64,000 nt of DNA from a virus: the IMG/VR virus record IMGVR_UViG_3300035104_000006, positions 17,576 to 81,575 of that record. One strand, 5' to 3'. Shown here piece after piece: positions 41,078 to 50,402 of the stretch (the stretch's first letter is position 1; the number at the start of each line of letters is the position of its first letter). The translations under genes were made by a program, and so were the position numbers. The notes beneath the pieces were generated by a model. The model did not search any database. It was not told the DNA's origin and saw nothing but the letters and a program-made list of their open reading frames with translations.

Positions 41078-41676
41078 CCTCCGTCTGATTGATCATCTTC
41101 GAGATCAGACGCGTCAGTTATTATTTTCGGCTGTTTTCTTGTTTCAGATATAGATTCTGAATGGATTTCTTTTGTATTAGAGCCGGAGCTTAACCAATCA
41201 CCGAAGTTTAAGTTTATATTCGCTCCTGCATTTGGCTGGCTTTTTTGTTCTACGATTCCGGCATGGCTAAGGACGAAATGGCTTTCCTTCAAATCACCGC
41301 CTTCTACTGCATTTACTACATTGGTAGCCGCAGTGAGCACGGACTCATTAAGCAAGTTCTTCGCCTGTTCTGCCATTGATAGTTGTGAATCTTCAATTCT
41401 CTGCATGACTCTTGGGTCGCGAGATACGATTGTTATAAGCTGGCTGGACAGTCCGAGTTGTCTGGCTATGTCAATTTTCTTATATCCCACAGCTAGCATA
41501 TCGGCTATAGTCTTATTTCTTTTCGACAACGGCTGATTAGGATCAGAAATATATGTATGACCGAATTTAGTCTTAGCTATTCCACTTTCAGATACTTCAT
41601 ACTCTTCTCCGTAGAAATCTTTGCACAAGGCTTTTCTTGCCTCGCTTGTCGCTTCTGCTGATTCTGATCTTGCCAT
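41065..41676 (-). CDS. terminase small subunit-like HTH protein
   Basis: GYKKIDIARQLGLS HTH, AVEGGDLKESHFVL, INLNF tail; first gene of leftward operon. Confidence 0.5.
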   Translation of the reverse strand: MARSESAEATSEARKALCKDFYGEEYEVSESGIAKTKFGHTYISDPNQPLSKRNKTIADMLAVGYKKIDIARQLGLSSQLITIVSRDPRVMQRIEDSQLSMAEQAKNLLNESVLTAATNVVNAVEGGDLKESHFVLSHAGIVEQKSQPNAGANINLNFGDWLSSGSNTKEIHSESISETRKQPKIITDASDLEDDQSDGGCRL

Positions 41677-41808
41677 GACGGTAACTCCTTATGTACTTTG
41701 TTTTTTATAATTATCATGATTATCCTTGATTATGTTGGTTTTCGATTATGAAGATAGGCTAGCATGACTAAGGAGTATTTGCAAGATAGTTTAGATGGGT
41801 GGATTTAG

Positions 41809-42026
41809 TTGACGGAATAAGTAAATAAATAAATAAGTAAGCGTGGCATAAAGGAGGTGTGGAAAATTTATAAAAATTGAAAAAGAGAGATTTACTAATT
41901 TGATTATATGTATTTTTAAATATATAAATATTCATATATAATAATTGATTATTTAAACAGTAAATTTCTTTTCCTTTTTCTTTCTCAACCTATCTTACCC
42001 CTACGCTTATTTACTTATTTATTAAC
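41809..42026. repeat. imperfect palindrome 1 with (AAAT)n/(ATTT)n arms
   Basis: AATAAGTAAATAAATAAATAAGTAAGCGTGG ... CTACGCTTATTTACTTATTTATT; purine-rich left arm, pyrimidine-rich right arm. Confidence 0.8.
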
Positions 42027-42230
42027 TTAATATGCCAATCTCTCTGAAATAATTAAATAAGTAAATAAATAAGTGTTTGGGCTATAGATTAACGGAAAAT
42101 TTTCAGAAATATTATGTAATCCTGACTAAAAAGGTAGGGTATTTAAAAATTGCTTGGGGAATTACATGGTGTCAGAACCCCACCCGCTAATCTCCGCTTA
42201 ACTTTTTTGGGACCCAATGCCGATGTCGAA

Positions 42231-42250
42231 CATGTTTCACGTGAAACATG
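42231..42250. promoter_or_regulatory. perfect parS site (TGTTTCACGTGAAACA) in a 20-bp palindrome
   Basis: Exact match to the chromosomal ParB/Spo0J consensus. Confidence 0.85.
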
Positions 42251-42380
42251 CCGGAAACGATAGCATTAAAGGAAAATAATATTTAACCTGGTAGACCTGG
42301 TACGGATATTGCTGAGCCCGAATTAATACACACCTGAATGAACGAGGAAGAAATAATTGAACTAATAGTACAATTTTTAG

Positions 42381-42409
42381 TTGACAGGGATGAAGATAGT
42401 TGATAGATT
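42381..42409 (+). promoter_or_regulatory. sigma70 promoter
   Basis: TTGACA-17-TAGATT. Confidence 0.7.
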
Positions 42410-42460
42410 GTATTTAACAACGATGAGGAACACTAACTAACAACCGAAGGGAGAACAATC

Positions 42461-42973
42461 ATGGAAACTAAAACAATTACAGCGGTACGGCATGAAAAGG
42501 GAACAAAGGTTGTTAAGTACTCCACAAGTATTACTGGAGTACCGACAATAGGTTGTCTGGTCGATTGGATAATGGAGAAGGGGGTGCACGAACAAGTATT
42601 GTCTGCCTTGATACGCCAGGCTGAGCAAGTGGCGTTGGGTAGGTGCGCCAGCGCGGATAGTGCAGGACAGGAATTGCCAGAAGAACAGGATTTTTATCAA
42701 TTAATTACTGGCACGGGAACTGGGCGATTCTCATACAAAAAAGCAGCGGAACAGCTGCAAGCTAAAGTCGATGAGCTGCAAATAGAATATAACAAGCTTA
42801 CGCAGCTAGCAATGGCAGCACTAGCCAGTGGAGACACTGAGACTGCTACAATACATGGGAATACTGCGAACAATATTATGCAGAATATCCAGGCAAAGCA
42901 GGAAAAAATTGGAGAACATCTGGCCGCTCATGCTGAGCAGCAAGAAAAGCGGAAGGCAGCTAAACGGGACTAA
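42461..42973 (+). CDS. isolated hypothetical protein with C-terminal coiled coil
   Basis: Own promoter, GGGAG RBS and terminator. Confidence 0.75.
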   Translation: METKTITAVRHEKGTKVVKYSTSITGVPTIGCLVDWIMEKGVHEQVLSALIRQAEQVALGRCASADSAGQELPEEQDFYQLITGTGTGRFSYKKAAEQLQAKVDELQIEYNKLTQLAMAALASGDTETATIHGNTANNIMQNIQAKQEKIGEHLAAHAEQQEKRKAAKRD

Positions 42974-42983
42974 TTCGCTTTCT

Positions 42984-43025
42984 AAGGGGCGTACATGTCG
43001 GATTCGATATGTACGTCCTTTTTTA
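42984..43025 (+). terminator. intrinsic terminator
   Basis: GGGCGTACATGTCG-gatt-CGATATGTACGTCC followed by T run. Confidence 0.8.
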
Positions 43026-43585
43026 TCTTGAAAGGCATTCTAGCATGAAAAATGAAAGCGATAGAGGGCATACCGTACATATGAACGGGGAAACCACACG
43101 GTGATAGCAAATGGATACCAGAAACTGATTAAAAAGAGGGAGACAAGATATGTGGTATCATATTAAAACTGCAATATATGAATTTTTAGTTCTGTACGGT
43201 CTGGCTCAGGTCTGGATGATCGGCATGATCTATATCCTGGAATGATCATACCTGTCATATCCGTAACCATCCACCCGTTATCGGCTGAAATATCGCCTGT
43301 AGCGGGTTTTCTTTTGTCCAGCCATGCCCTAGCCTTATCCTGACATTTCATCCCCTCAAATCGGCTCTCATTGGCTCTTGAACAAATAATTGTTCTTTAA
43401 ACTACAGAATAGGTCTTGAATTAAAGATCGTTCTCGTAAATTAAGCGTTATTTTGTAACAAATAGATTTGCCTAAATTTTAGGCAAGGTTTGGAACCGGT
43501 ATTGTTGAAATGCAGCCTCCAGCGTGTCCAGAATGCCGTGTATTGCATTTTTTCATGCCCGGCAATACCAGGGACGGTCTGTATC

Positions 43586-43951
43586 GGCGTTTTTCAATCA
43601 TAGAGCCGTTTAGGGGCAATTAAGCGTTAAATAAATAAATAAATAAATAAATGCCCGGGTAAGGTGGATTTAAAAAGAAAGAAAAATTTATATTAAAACT
43701 GAAATAATAAAAAAACTGAAAAAAATAATAAAAAAAAGAAAGAAAAAATTAGAATTAAAATTGGATTAAAAAAAAATTAATAAAAAGAATAAAGAATTAA
43801 AATATATAAATATATATATATATAAAAATCAATATAAATAAATTCCTTAATCTAATTTTTTCTCTTTTTCTTTCTTTTTTCCTGCTTCTTACCCTACCGC
43901 TTATTTATTTATTTATTTATTTATTTATTGACCGCCAGGATTGAAAATGCC
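43586..43951. repeat. imperfect palindrome 2 (~365 bp) with (AAAT)n arms and (TA)n centre
   Basis: GGCGTTTTTCAATC...(AAAT)n..GGGTAAG...TATATATATATA...CTTACCC..(ATTT)n...GATTGAAAATGCC. Confidence 0.85.
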
Positions 43952-44046
43952 ATAAAATCAGAATGATTCCGGTATCTTAGAGAATCGAACGAACATTCTA
44001 AACCTAAATCTGAACAAACATTAGACGTTTATAACTACGATTATCG

Positions 44047-44075
44047 TTGACAGTATGAGGGTGTTTTGTTAGTTT
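44047..44075 (+). promoter_or_regulatory. sigma70 promoter of the right-hand early region
   Basis: TTGACA-17-TAGTTT. Confidence 0.65.
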
Positions 44076-44132
44076 TACAGCATGACGAAGACAAGAGAAG
44101 GTATCTTTTAACAAGTAATGGAGGGATGAACG

Positions 44133-44360
44133 ATGAAGAACAGATTCAGAATTAGTGGAAAACTAAAAGTAATAGAGCGGATGAAGAATTCGAGAAACGG
44201 CAACCCACGGTATAAATTTACCGTAGGCGACTCATTGCCTATAGTAACTAGAATTGATTCTAGTTATGGATATGAAATAACTAATCATGATGGTAAGCCT
44301 GTTATTGCAACCGTGGGCTATCATTATGGCAGACTTACACTTAATAATTTGGAGGGATAA
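44133..44360 (+). CDS. conserved phage early protein
   Basis: NSRNGNPRY...T..DS.YGY motif; GGAGG RBS. Confidence 0.65.
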   Translation: MKNRFRISGKLKVIERMKNSRNGNPRYKFTVGDSLPIVTRIDSSYGYEITNHDGKPVIATVGYHYGRLTLNNLEG

Positions 44361-44363
44361 ACG

Positions 44364-44608
44364 ATGAAAACGATTAGTTATTATATAAAGCTGCATGAAC
44401 TAGGGGGAAATTAAGAAGTACTTTCCCAGAGATTAAATTCACCTACAATAGTGATGCGAATATATGGCTAACTGAACGGAAGGAGGATATAGAGATCTTA
44501 CTCGATATGTTTGAGTATCGTGATGAGTGGAAAAAACTACTAGATGTTCCTGATCTTATTATATTCTCCCACGATTCGGATTATTGGTTCGGATTTACTT
44601 TAGATTAA
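44364..44608 (+). pseudogene. ORF broken by two +1 homopolymer indels (G5 at ~44403, T3 at ~44422)
   Basis: GGAGG RBS; removing one G and one T gives an open ~80 aa frame MKTISYY...YWFGFTLD. Confidence 0.5.
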
Positions 44609-44699
44609 ATAAAATAGCAGTATTAATGCCGAAAATATTATGTTAAACAAAAAAAAATACATTATTCCGGATTATCTAATTTAATAAGGAGACTCAGTC

Positions 44700-45005
44700 A
44701 TGAAGCAAACAGTCACTAAAAGTATGTTCGTCGATGCATTCCAGGATATCCGCCCGGATAATTTCAGCCATAGCGGATTATCTGCTATGTATGACTATCT
44801 AAATGATTATGAAAGAGAGACAGGTCAAGAACTTGAGTTGGATGTTGTAGCAATTTGTTGTGACTTTTCAGAACATAACAATATTCTGGAGCTAGCAAAA
44901 GAGTATGGAGAAGAGTTTGACAACACAGCGGATGCACTAGAATGGTTACGTGAAAACACAATAGTAATAGAACATCCTAGTGGCATAATTATTCAGGACT
45001 TCTAA
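44700..45005 (+). CDS. conserved acidic phage early protein
   Basis: MKQTV...F.DAF...NFS..GL..YDYL..E...ELELDVVAICCDFSE family. Confidence 0.7.
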   Translation: MKQTVTKSMFVDAFQDIRPDNFSHSGLSAMYDYLNDYERETGQELELDVVAICCDFSEHNNILELAKEYGEEFDNTADALEWLRENTIVIEHPSGIIIQDF

Positions 45006-45061
45006 ACAGATTATCAGAGCACTACAGAATAATAGCTCTGTAGTGTTCTAATAGACTGTTT
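45004..45061 (+). other. long intergenic hairpin (family copy 1)
   Basis: ~25-bp stem; TTATCAGAGCA...GTGTTCTAATA. Confidence 0.7.
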
Positions 45062-45091
45062 AATCCATCATCACCAACAAAAAAGGAGTAA

Positions 45092-45340
45092 ATGATGAGT
45101 AAAAGAATGTACAACCTACCTAAAACAAAAGTGTACGAACTATCTATCACTAAACGGGATATTTTTGGCTATCGACAAAGCAACCAGACTATCCTTGTAC
45201 CTAAACACATATTACCAGACTCCGACCGGTTGGCCCTTGAAGACAAATATGGGTATCGGTATGCCCGGGATATATCCTTAGAGTATGATCTGAGCACTCG
45301 CAGAGCAATCGTACCATACTACATTTTTAAAATTTACTAA
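45092..45340 (+). CDS. hypothetical protein
   Basis: AAGGAG RBS. Confidence 0.55.
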   Translation: MMSKRMYNLPKTKVYELSITKRDIFGYRQSNQTILVPKHILPDSDRLALEDKYGYRYARDISLEYDLSTRRAIVPYYIFKIY

Positions 45341-45351
45341 GGGGAATTACT

Positions 45352-45543
45352 ATGTACGATTCAAGAATGAGAATTCAAGAAAAGGATTATCAGGCAATTA
45401 AACGCGGAATACTGGAACTGTTGAGGATGAATGGAGTAACCTTTAACGAAGTGAGTAATCACATATCTTATGTAGAGGATAAGGACTTGGCTACAACGAA
45501 TTTCCTTATAGATATTAAATCAGGAGGGATCAGTCATGCGTAA
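45352..45543 (+). CDS. hypothetical protein
   Basis: ORF track, RBS. Confidence 0.5.
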   Translation: MYDSRMRIQEKDYQAIKRGILELLRMNGVTFNEVSNHISYVEDKDLATTNFLIDIKSGGISHA

Positions 45544-45877
45544 AATTGAACAAGAAATGATTGTAGCTGTAGAAGATAACTCTAACTGGAGTAGAAGCAA
45601 TACTTGTGTTCTTTCTGAGGATAGAGAGTATCCAGGATTTATCCTCTTGTATGGCAATAAAATTATGGAGTTTGAAATTGATCCGTTAACTGGGAAATAC
45701 ACCATAATGTTCAATTTCTGCGGATGGCAGACCAACACTACTAAATCAAGAATTAACGCCATTCTCTCACATTTCGGTCTTGGCTATGTTTTCCAGAAAA
45801 ACTATAACCTGTATTATGTCAATTCATCAGGAAAAGAGTTACAGATAAGCAATAGTGAATGGATTGTAGCAGAGTAA
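45536..45877 (+). CDS. conserved phage early protein (GWQTNTTKSRIN family)
   Basis: MRKIE..M...NW...NT.V...LYGN.I...GWQTNTTKSR.NA. Confidence 0.7.
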   Translation: MRKIEQEMIVAVEDNSNWSRSNTCVLSEDREYPGFILLYGNKIMEFEIDPLTGKYTIMFNFCGWQTNTTKSRINAILSHFGLGYVFQKNYNLYYVNSSGKELQISNSEWIVAE

Positions 45878-45926
45878 TGTTTTATCGGAGCATATCTATA
45901 ATATAGATGTGTTCTAATAAGACATT
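45876..45926 (+). other. long intergenic hairpin (family copy 2)
   Basis: TTATCGGAGCA...GTGTTCTAATA with a different but paired upper stem. Confidence 0.7.
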
Positions 45927-45959
45927 ATCGTTCACCCATTCCAGAGAAGGGAGAGTATC

Positions 45960-46259
45960 ATGAAACCAATTGTTTATGATTTAATTGTAACCCGTCATCC
46001 TGCATTGCTTGACTTGATAAAAGAACTCGGTCTAGCGGATGATAGCACGCTAGTTATTAGCCATGCCGATGTAGAGAATGTATCCGGTCGCCACGTGTTA
46101 GGAGTACTCCCTCACCACCTATCCTGCCACACAATCACTTATTCTGAAATAGTTCTATCCATACCAGAACATCTACGCGGAAAAGAACTTGACATTCATC
46201 AGCTCCGCCGTGCATATCGTGGCATAAATACCTACGTGGTTAACAAATTAAATAACTAA
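45960..46259 (+). CDS. Csx16 (VVA1548)-like protein
   Basis: VTRHPAL...SHAD...V.GVLP.HL...L.IP..LRGKEL...L matches my recall of the Csx16 pattern. Confidence 0.65.
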   Translation: MKPIVYDLIVTRHPALLDLIKELGLADDSTLVISHADVENVSGRHVLGVLPHHLSCHTITYSEIVLSIPEHLRGKELDIHQLRRAYRGINTYVVNKLNN

Positions 46260-46274
46260 AAAGGAGGTAGTATT

Positions 46275-46526
46275 ATGAGTAATCTGCATAGTAAGCAGAA
46301 ACTGGCAAATATTATTGCCCGTCGTGCCGGATATTCCAGGGCGACAAAAATAGTTATCGGTGATGATAATAAAGTAGTTCGTCACGTTCCATTCGGCTAT
46401 CGTAAATTCACTACAAATGAGTACGTACCGAATTCCTATCGAAACAATTTCGGCTGGAAGAATACCTATTATCAATCTGCAATTACCGAAGTTATGGTAA
46501 TGGAAGGGAGTTTTAGTGATGAATAA
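46275..46526 (+). CDS. basic hypothetical protein
   Basis: AAGGAGG RBS. Confidence 0.6.
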   Translation: MSNLHSKQKLANIIARRAGYSRATKIVIGDDNKVVRHVPFGYRKFTTNEYVPNSYRNNFGWKNTYYQSAITEVMVMEGSFSDE

Positions 46527-46830
46527 TGAATCTGGAATTATTTTATTGATTGATTCACGGAATGGAATTCATATACCTAAAATATTCAAAAAACTATGCT
46601 TGTCCGGTGGCTGGAGAGTTCCAGGAATTACTAGCAGAGACCTATCTATTCTCGACAATCTAGAGCATGAAGAATACTGGGATGTCTGGGAGTATGTACT
46701 CGATAATGCTGAATATATCAATAGTTCCGGTGATAAGTTCACTCTATATCAAGACGGTGATTTATGGGCGTTATGTCTGAAGCTAATGAACGAGTATGAA
46801 AAACACGATTTTTTCGGGGAGGATGTGTAA
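46516..46830 (+). CDS. conserved phage early protein (LYQDGDLW family)
   Basis: DSRNGIHIP..F...W..V..NA...LYQDGDLWA. Confidence 0.65.
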   Translation: MMNNESGIILLIDSRNGIHIPKIFKKLCLSGGWRVPGITSRDLSILDNLEHEEYWDVWEYVLDNAEYINSSGDKFTLYQDGDLWALCLKLMNEYEKHDFFGEDV

Positions 46831-46832
46831 TT

Positions 46833-47138
46833 ATGGATCAGTATGATTTACAAAGAATTCGAGAAAGAGTTAACAAACTGAATAAAAACCCATCAACAAT
46901 GCTTCAGGCGATAAAGATAACTAGAAAATTGCATATAATCTCAGAAGAAGAGGGTGTACCCTACAGTTTGCTTATTGAAGGTGAAGTATATCCAGGATGT
47001 CCATTGTGTAGAATGAGTAATGATTGCTCGTGGAATATTTTTGAAGGAAGAACTTGCTCTTTAATTGAATACAAAGACAATAAAAGAAGTATAGAACGAC
47101 TAACAAGATGGATTGATAAAATAGAAAAAGGAGAATAA
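46833..47138 (+). CDS. hypothetical protein (CPLC...C..C)
   Basis: GGAGG RBS. Confidence 0.55.
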   Translation: MDQYDLQRIRERVNKLNKNPSTMLQAIKITRKLHIISEEEGVPYSLLIEGEVYPGCPLCRMSNDCSWNIFEGRTCSLIEYKDNKRSIERLTRWIDKIEKGE

Positions 47139-47274
47139 GTTATGAACGATATTTACAATGAAGTGTTAGATAACTCTGTTTCTATTCTTGACGATTTACT
47201 AGCTACTGATGAGGATAATATTGGGGAGCGAATTTATTACTATCCAAGAGAAAACAATATGGAGGATATAGATA

Positions 47275-47577
47275 ATGAAACATTGTATTTTGAACAGTAA
47301 GAATATTAGTAAGATAAAAATACTAACTTATGACGGTCTTACAAAACGTGAGAAGAGCATTGTATGGAAAGAATCTTTTCGCGAGCAGCTCCAGTATTTT
47401 CGATACGCCGGAAAACTGTTTGTCTACTCTTTCATGCCTAGTACTGCCGGAATTGACGAGCTAGACAATTGGCAATATATGAAATATCTTTCCTACACAT
47501 CCGGAATCGTTGTCAATCCACATCCGAAACATGACGGATATCTAGCCATAACGAGGTTTTCACTATGCAAGAAATAA
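47275..47577 (+). CDS. hypothetical protein
   Basis: GGAGG RBS. Confidence 0.55.
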   Translation: MKHCILNSKNISKIKILTYDGLTKREKSIVWKESFREQLQYFRYAGKLFVYSFMPSTAGIDELDNWQYMKYLSYTSGIVVNPHPKHDGYLAITRFSLCKK

Positions 47578-47611
47578 CGATAATTCCGCTAATAATCGCA
47601 TTCATCGAGGT

Positions 47612-48196
47612 TTGTATATTATGAAAATTCAAACAGTTATAGTATCAGCATGTACCGGCGTACTTATCGGATCAGTGTATATAAACAATGTGCAGTGCAA
47701 TAAACGAATTGACGAGTTAAACAATCACTGGAAAACTGCACATGAACAATGTCTTTCCAATTCCGTGAGAATTTATGATAAGTTTCAGGATAGAAACGAA
47801 CTTCTCTCATCTATTCTAGGAGTAGACACAACAGATTATCTTGCCTTTTCCTTGCCTGTAAGAATTACAGCATACTCGGCAAACGAGCAAGAATGTGATT
47901 CTAGTCCAGAAAGAACGGCAAGCAATAGTCTGTCACGAGTAGGCACGGTCGCCCTCAGTCCAGATATTCGGCAAGACCTGTCAATAAGTTATGGAGATAA
48001 AATAATTCTCTATCAAGACAATTCCTGCCTCGGAGTATTTTCTGTGGAGGATTCAACTAGTACATATAAACATAAAAATACAAACTCACCGAAGCCGATA
48101 ACTAGAACGGTGGATATAATGATGGGAAATCGTACCGCTGCAAAAGAATTCGGCGTACAGTCTGGCAAACTCGTACTTATCAAAGAAAGAATATAG
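47612..48196 (+). CDS. 3D/RlpA-like domain cell-wall protein with N-terminal TM
   Basis: ITAYS...TAS...VALSPD...YGD.I...VEDS...VDIMM. Confidence 0.65.
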   Translation: MYIMKIQTVIVSACTGVLIGSVYINNVQCNKRIDELNNHWKTAHEQCLSNSVRIYDKFQDRNELLSSILGVDTTDYLAFSLPVRITAYSANEQECDSSPERTASNSLSRVGTVALSPDIRQDLSISYGDKIILYQDNSCLGVFSVEDSTSTYKHKNTNSPKPITRTVDIMMGNRTAAKEFGVQSGKLVLIKERI

Positions 48197-48201
48197 CTAT
48201 T

Positions 48202-48591
48202 ATGGATCAAAGACTGCTATCACTTGAAGAAATTCCAGCGTTTATGTTAAGAAAATTGCTAATAAATGGGTATTTTCTCGATCATGATTGTATTGACAAT
48301 CCTAGTCAACCTGCTGTGTTTAATAACACGTATTTCTACCTCCGAATGCTCGAAAATTCTAATCTGGAATTTGAAGAAAATTATTTCACTGTGCAAATGT
48401 CAGTGAAGGAAACATTCGACCGTTGGGCGAATTCTGTAGATATTGTTTTTGACACCCATTTGCCTAACGAGTTTGTATGCGAAAACGTTATAATGGATTA
48501 TATCCAAAGGAAACTAGAGGATGCAAACTATATCATTGAAAAGTTAGGTACAGGATTGTTTAATAACGGTTATTTTCAAATAAGCATGTAG
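48202..48591 (+). CDS. hypothetical protein
   Basis: ORF track. Confidence 0.55.
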   Translation: MDQRLLSLEEIPAFMLRKLLINGYFLDHDCIDNPSQPAVFNNTYFYLRMLENSNLEFEENYFTVQMSVKETFDRWANSVDIVFDTHLPNEFVCENVIMDYIQRKLEDANYIIEKLGTGLFNNGYFQISM

Positions 48592-48606
48592 AAAGAAGGT
48601 GAAGCC

Positions 48607-48894
48607 ATGCTACATTATAAACTAGAAGATGATCCGAAATATTGCGCAGCCAGGGCGGAAATACTTACCGACCTGCACGATAAAATACAAGCACTCTGTC
48701 AGCTACATGGCACAAATGTATCCAGGTTGTCATGTGATATCGGAAAAAGTCATAGTTATCTTTATCAAGTATTTAAAGGTGAAATGGGACTATCAACAAA
48801 AACATTATCAGACATTGCGACGAAATTCGGGCTGCAAGTGGAGGTAAATTTTATTGATCGAAAAATACCACTGGAGGATATTATTGGAGAATAA
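48607..48894 (+). CDS. XRE-family HTH protein
   Basis: NVSRLSCDIGKSHSYLYQVFKGE...S..TL..IA. Confidence 0.75.
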   Translation: MLHYKLEDDPKYCAARAEILTDLHDKIQALCQLHGTNVSRLSCDIGKSHSYLYQVFKGEMGLSTKTLSDIATKFGLQVEVNFIDRKIPLEDIIGE

Positions 48895-48981
48895 TGAAGT
48901 AAAGCAATTACTAGCAGATGTAATATTCTTGCTGTTCGGATCAGTGCTTATGAGAATTATAATTTTATTAGGAGAGAATAA

Positions 48982-49173
48982 ATGGATTTGATTATTTATA
49001 AAACTGTGACGATAAATTTTATTGTATGCTTCACACTAACCCTATTCACAATAACCAGTATGACTACAGAGGAAATAAATAAATCAAAATGGATTACTAT
49101 TCTATCCATACACATGTGGATAACAATCCTCTCATTACCAATCACACTAATTTATTGGGTAGTTACTTTTTAA
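48982..49173 (+). CDS. small two-TM membrane protein
   Basis: Hydrophobic, AGGAG RBS. Confidence 0.5.
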   Translation: MDLIIYKTVTINFIVCFTLTLFTITSMTTEEINKSKWITILSIHMWITILSLPITLIYWVVTF

Positions 49174-49320
49174 CTAATAATACGATTATTCTTGACAGAA
49201 TGGTCTTTAATATGATATGGTGGCTTTAACAAATAACATAAGTCTTTCTTAATAAGGTGAAATTTCTACTGATTTCTTTTACGACCCTTGTTTGCAGATT
49301 AGTGTATAAGGAAAATTATT

Positions 49321-50402
49321 ATGTGGAAATGGAAAGAAGTGACAAAGATAAAACTATGCTTTTTCGACTTCGATAGCGAAAATGGAGATTATTCAGTCTT
49401 CCTAGACAACCCAATCCTTCACGTGGATAGTACGGGCAACAAGGAGGATTACCGAATCTTCAGGCTTTCAGAGGCAGACCTATTTAAAATTGAATGTAAT
49501 TGGATTGAAATTAATTACACAAAACTTGACGATACCGGAGAGATTTACGATAAGTACTATAATTTCTCTGATGTGCCTAAGAATATTCGGGATGAGATAA
49601 TTCTCGTTCTCCAGGAGTATATAAACAATCTGGACTGTCGAGCAGATTGGGAAATAGTCGGTTCATACTCAGAAAGGAAAAATAGTTATGTTAAGCGATA
49701 AATTAGTAAAAGCCGTGCTTTGGGAAATATCTGAATTTATCTATTGTTCAGATAACACATCAGTGAATAAAATATTAGTACAAACAGTTGTGACAAGAAT
49801 TTCATATAATTACAAACTAGCCTACTGGTTTATAGATTTTAACACAAACAATGAAGAAATAGGTCTAGTATCGGTCTGTGGAGAAAGTATTGAAATATGT
49901 GTGAAGAATCTGGTGAAAGAAGTTTCTAGTAATGGCTGATTATATCATAATTCTAGCGAGCGGGTTGACGATAGGTTTTATGATATTCGTATTAACTTTA
50001 AGTAGTTCTATGAATCAGGGCTATCAACAAGGTCAAATTGATTATGCTAATGGTAAAGTATTAATTCACAAGGTTGAAAATGAAGATAATGAATTAGTTT
50101 GGAAATGGATTGATGAACCTAAGTACGATTAAGGAGATTAAAATATGAAAACAACTGATACCTTTGCTACATGGAAATGTGAAAAGTGCGGTAATACTTA
50201 TAGTAGTTCAATAGAGTATTGCCCTAATGATGGGTATAGTCTACAAGAAGGAATTAAGAGTATTCTATTTGAGCAATTAAAAGAGGTTAAGATAACCAGA
50301 ATAGATGAAGTGTTTCCTGATAATGCTCATAATAGCTTTCATTATCAACCATACGATGAAGGTGTTGTTAGTATACATTACATTAAATCTAAGAATGTGT
50401 GA
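49321..50402 (+). CDS. run of four small hypothetical ORFs (49321-49701, 49688-49939, 49932-50132, 50145-50402)
   Basis: Coupled ORFs in track. Confidence 0.55.
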
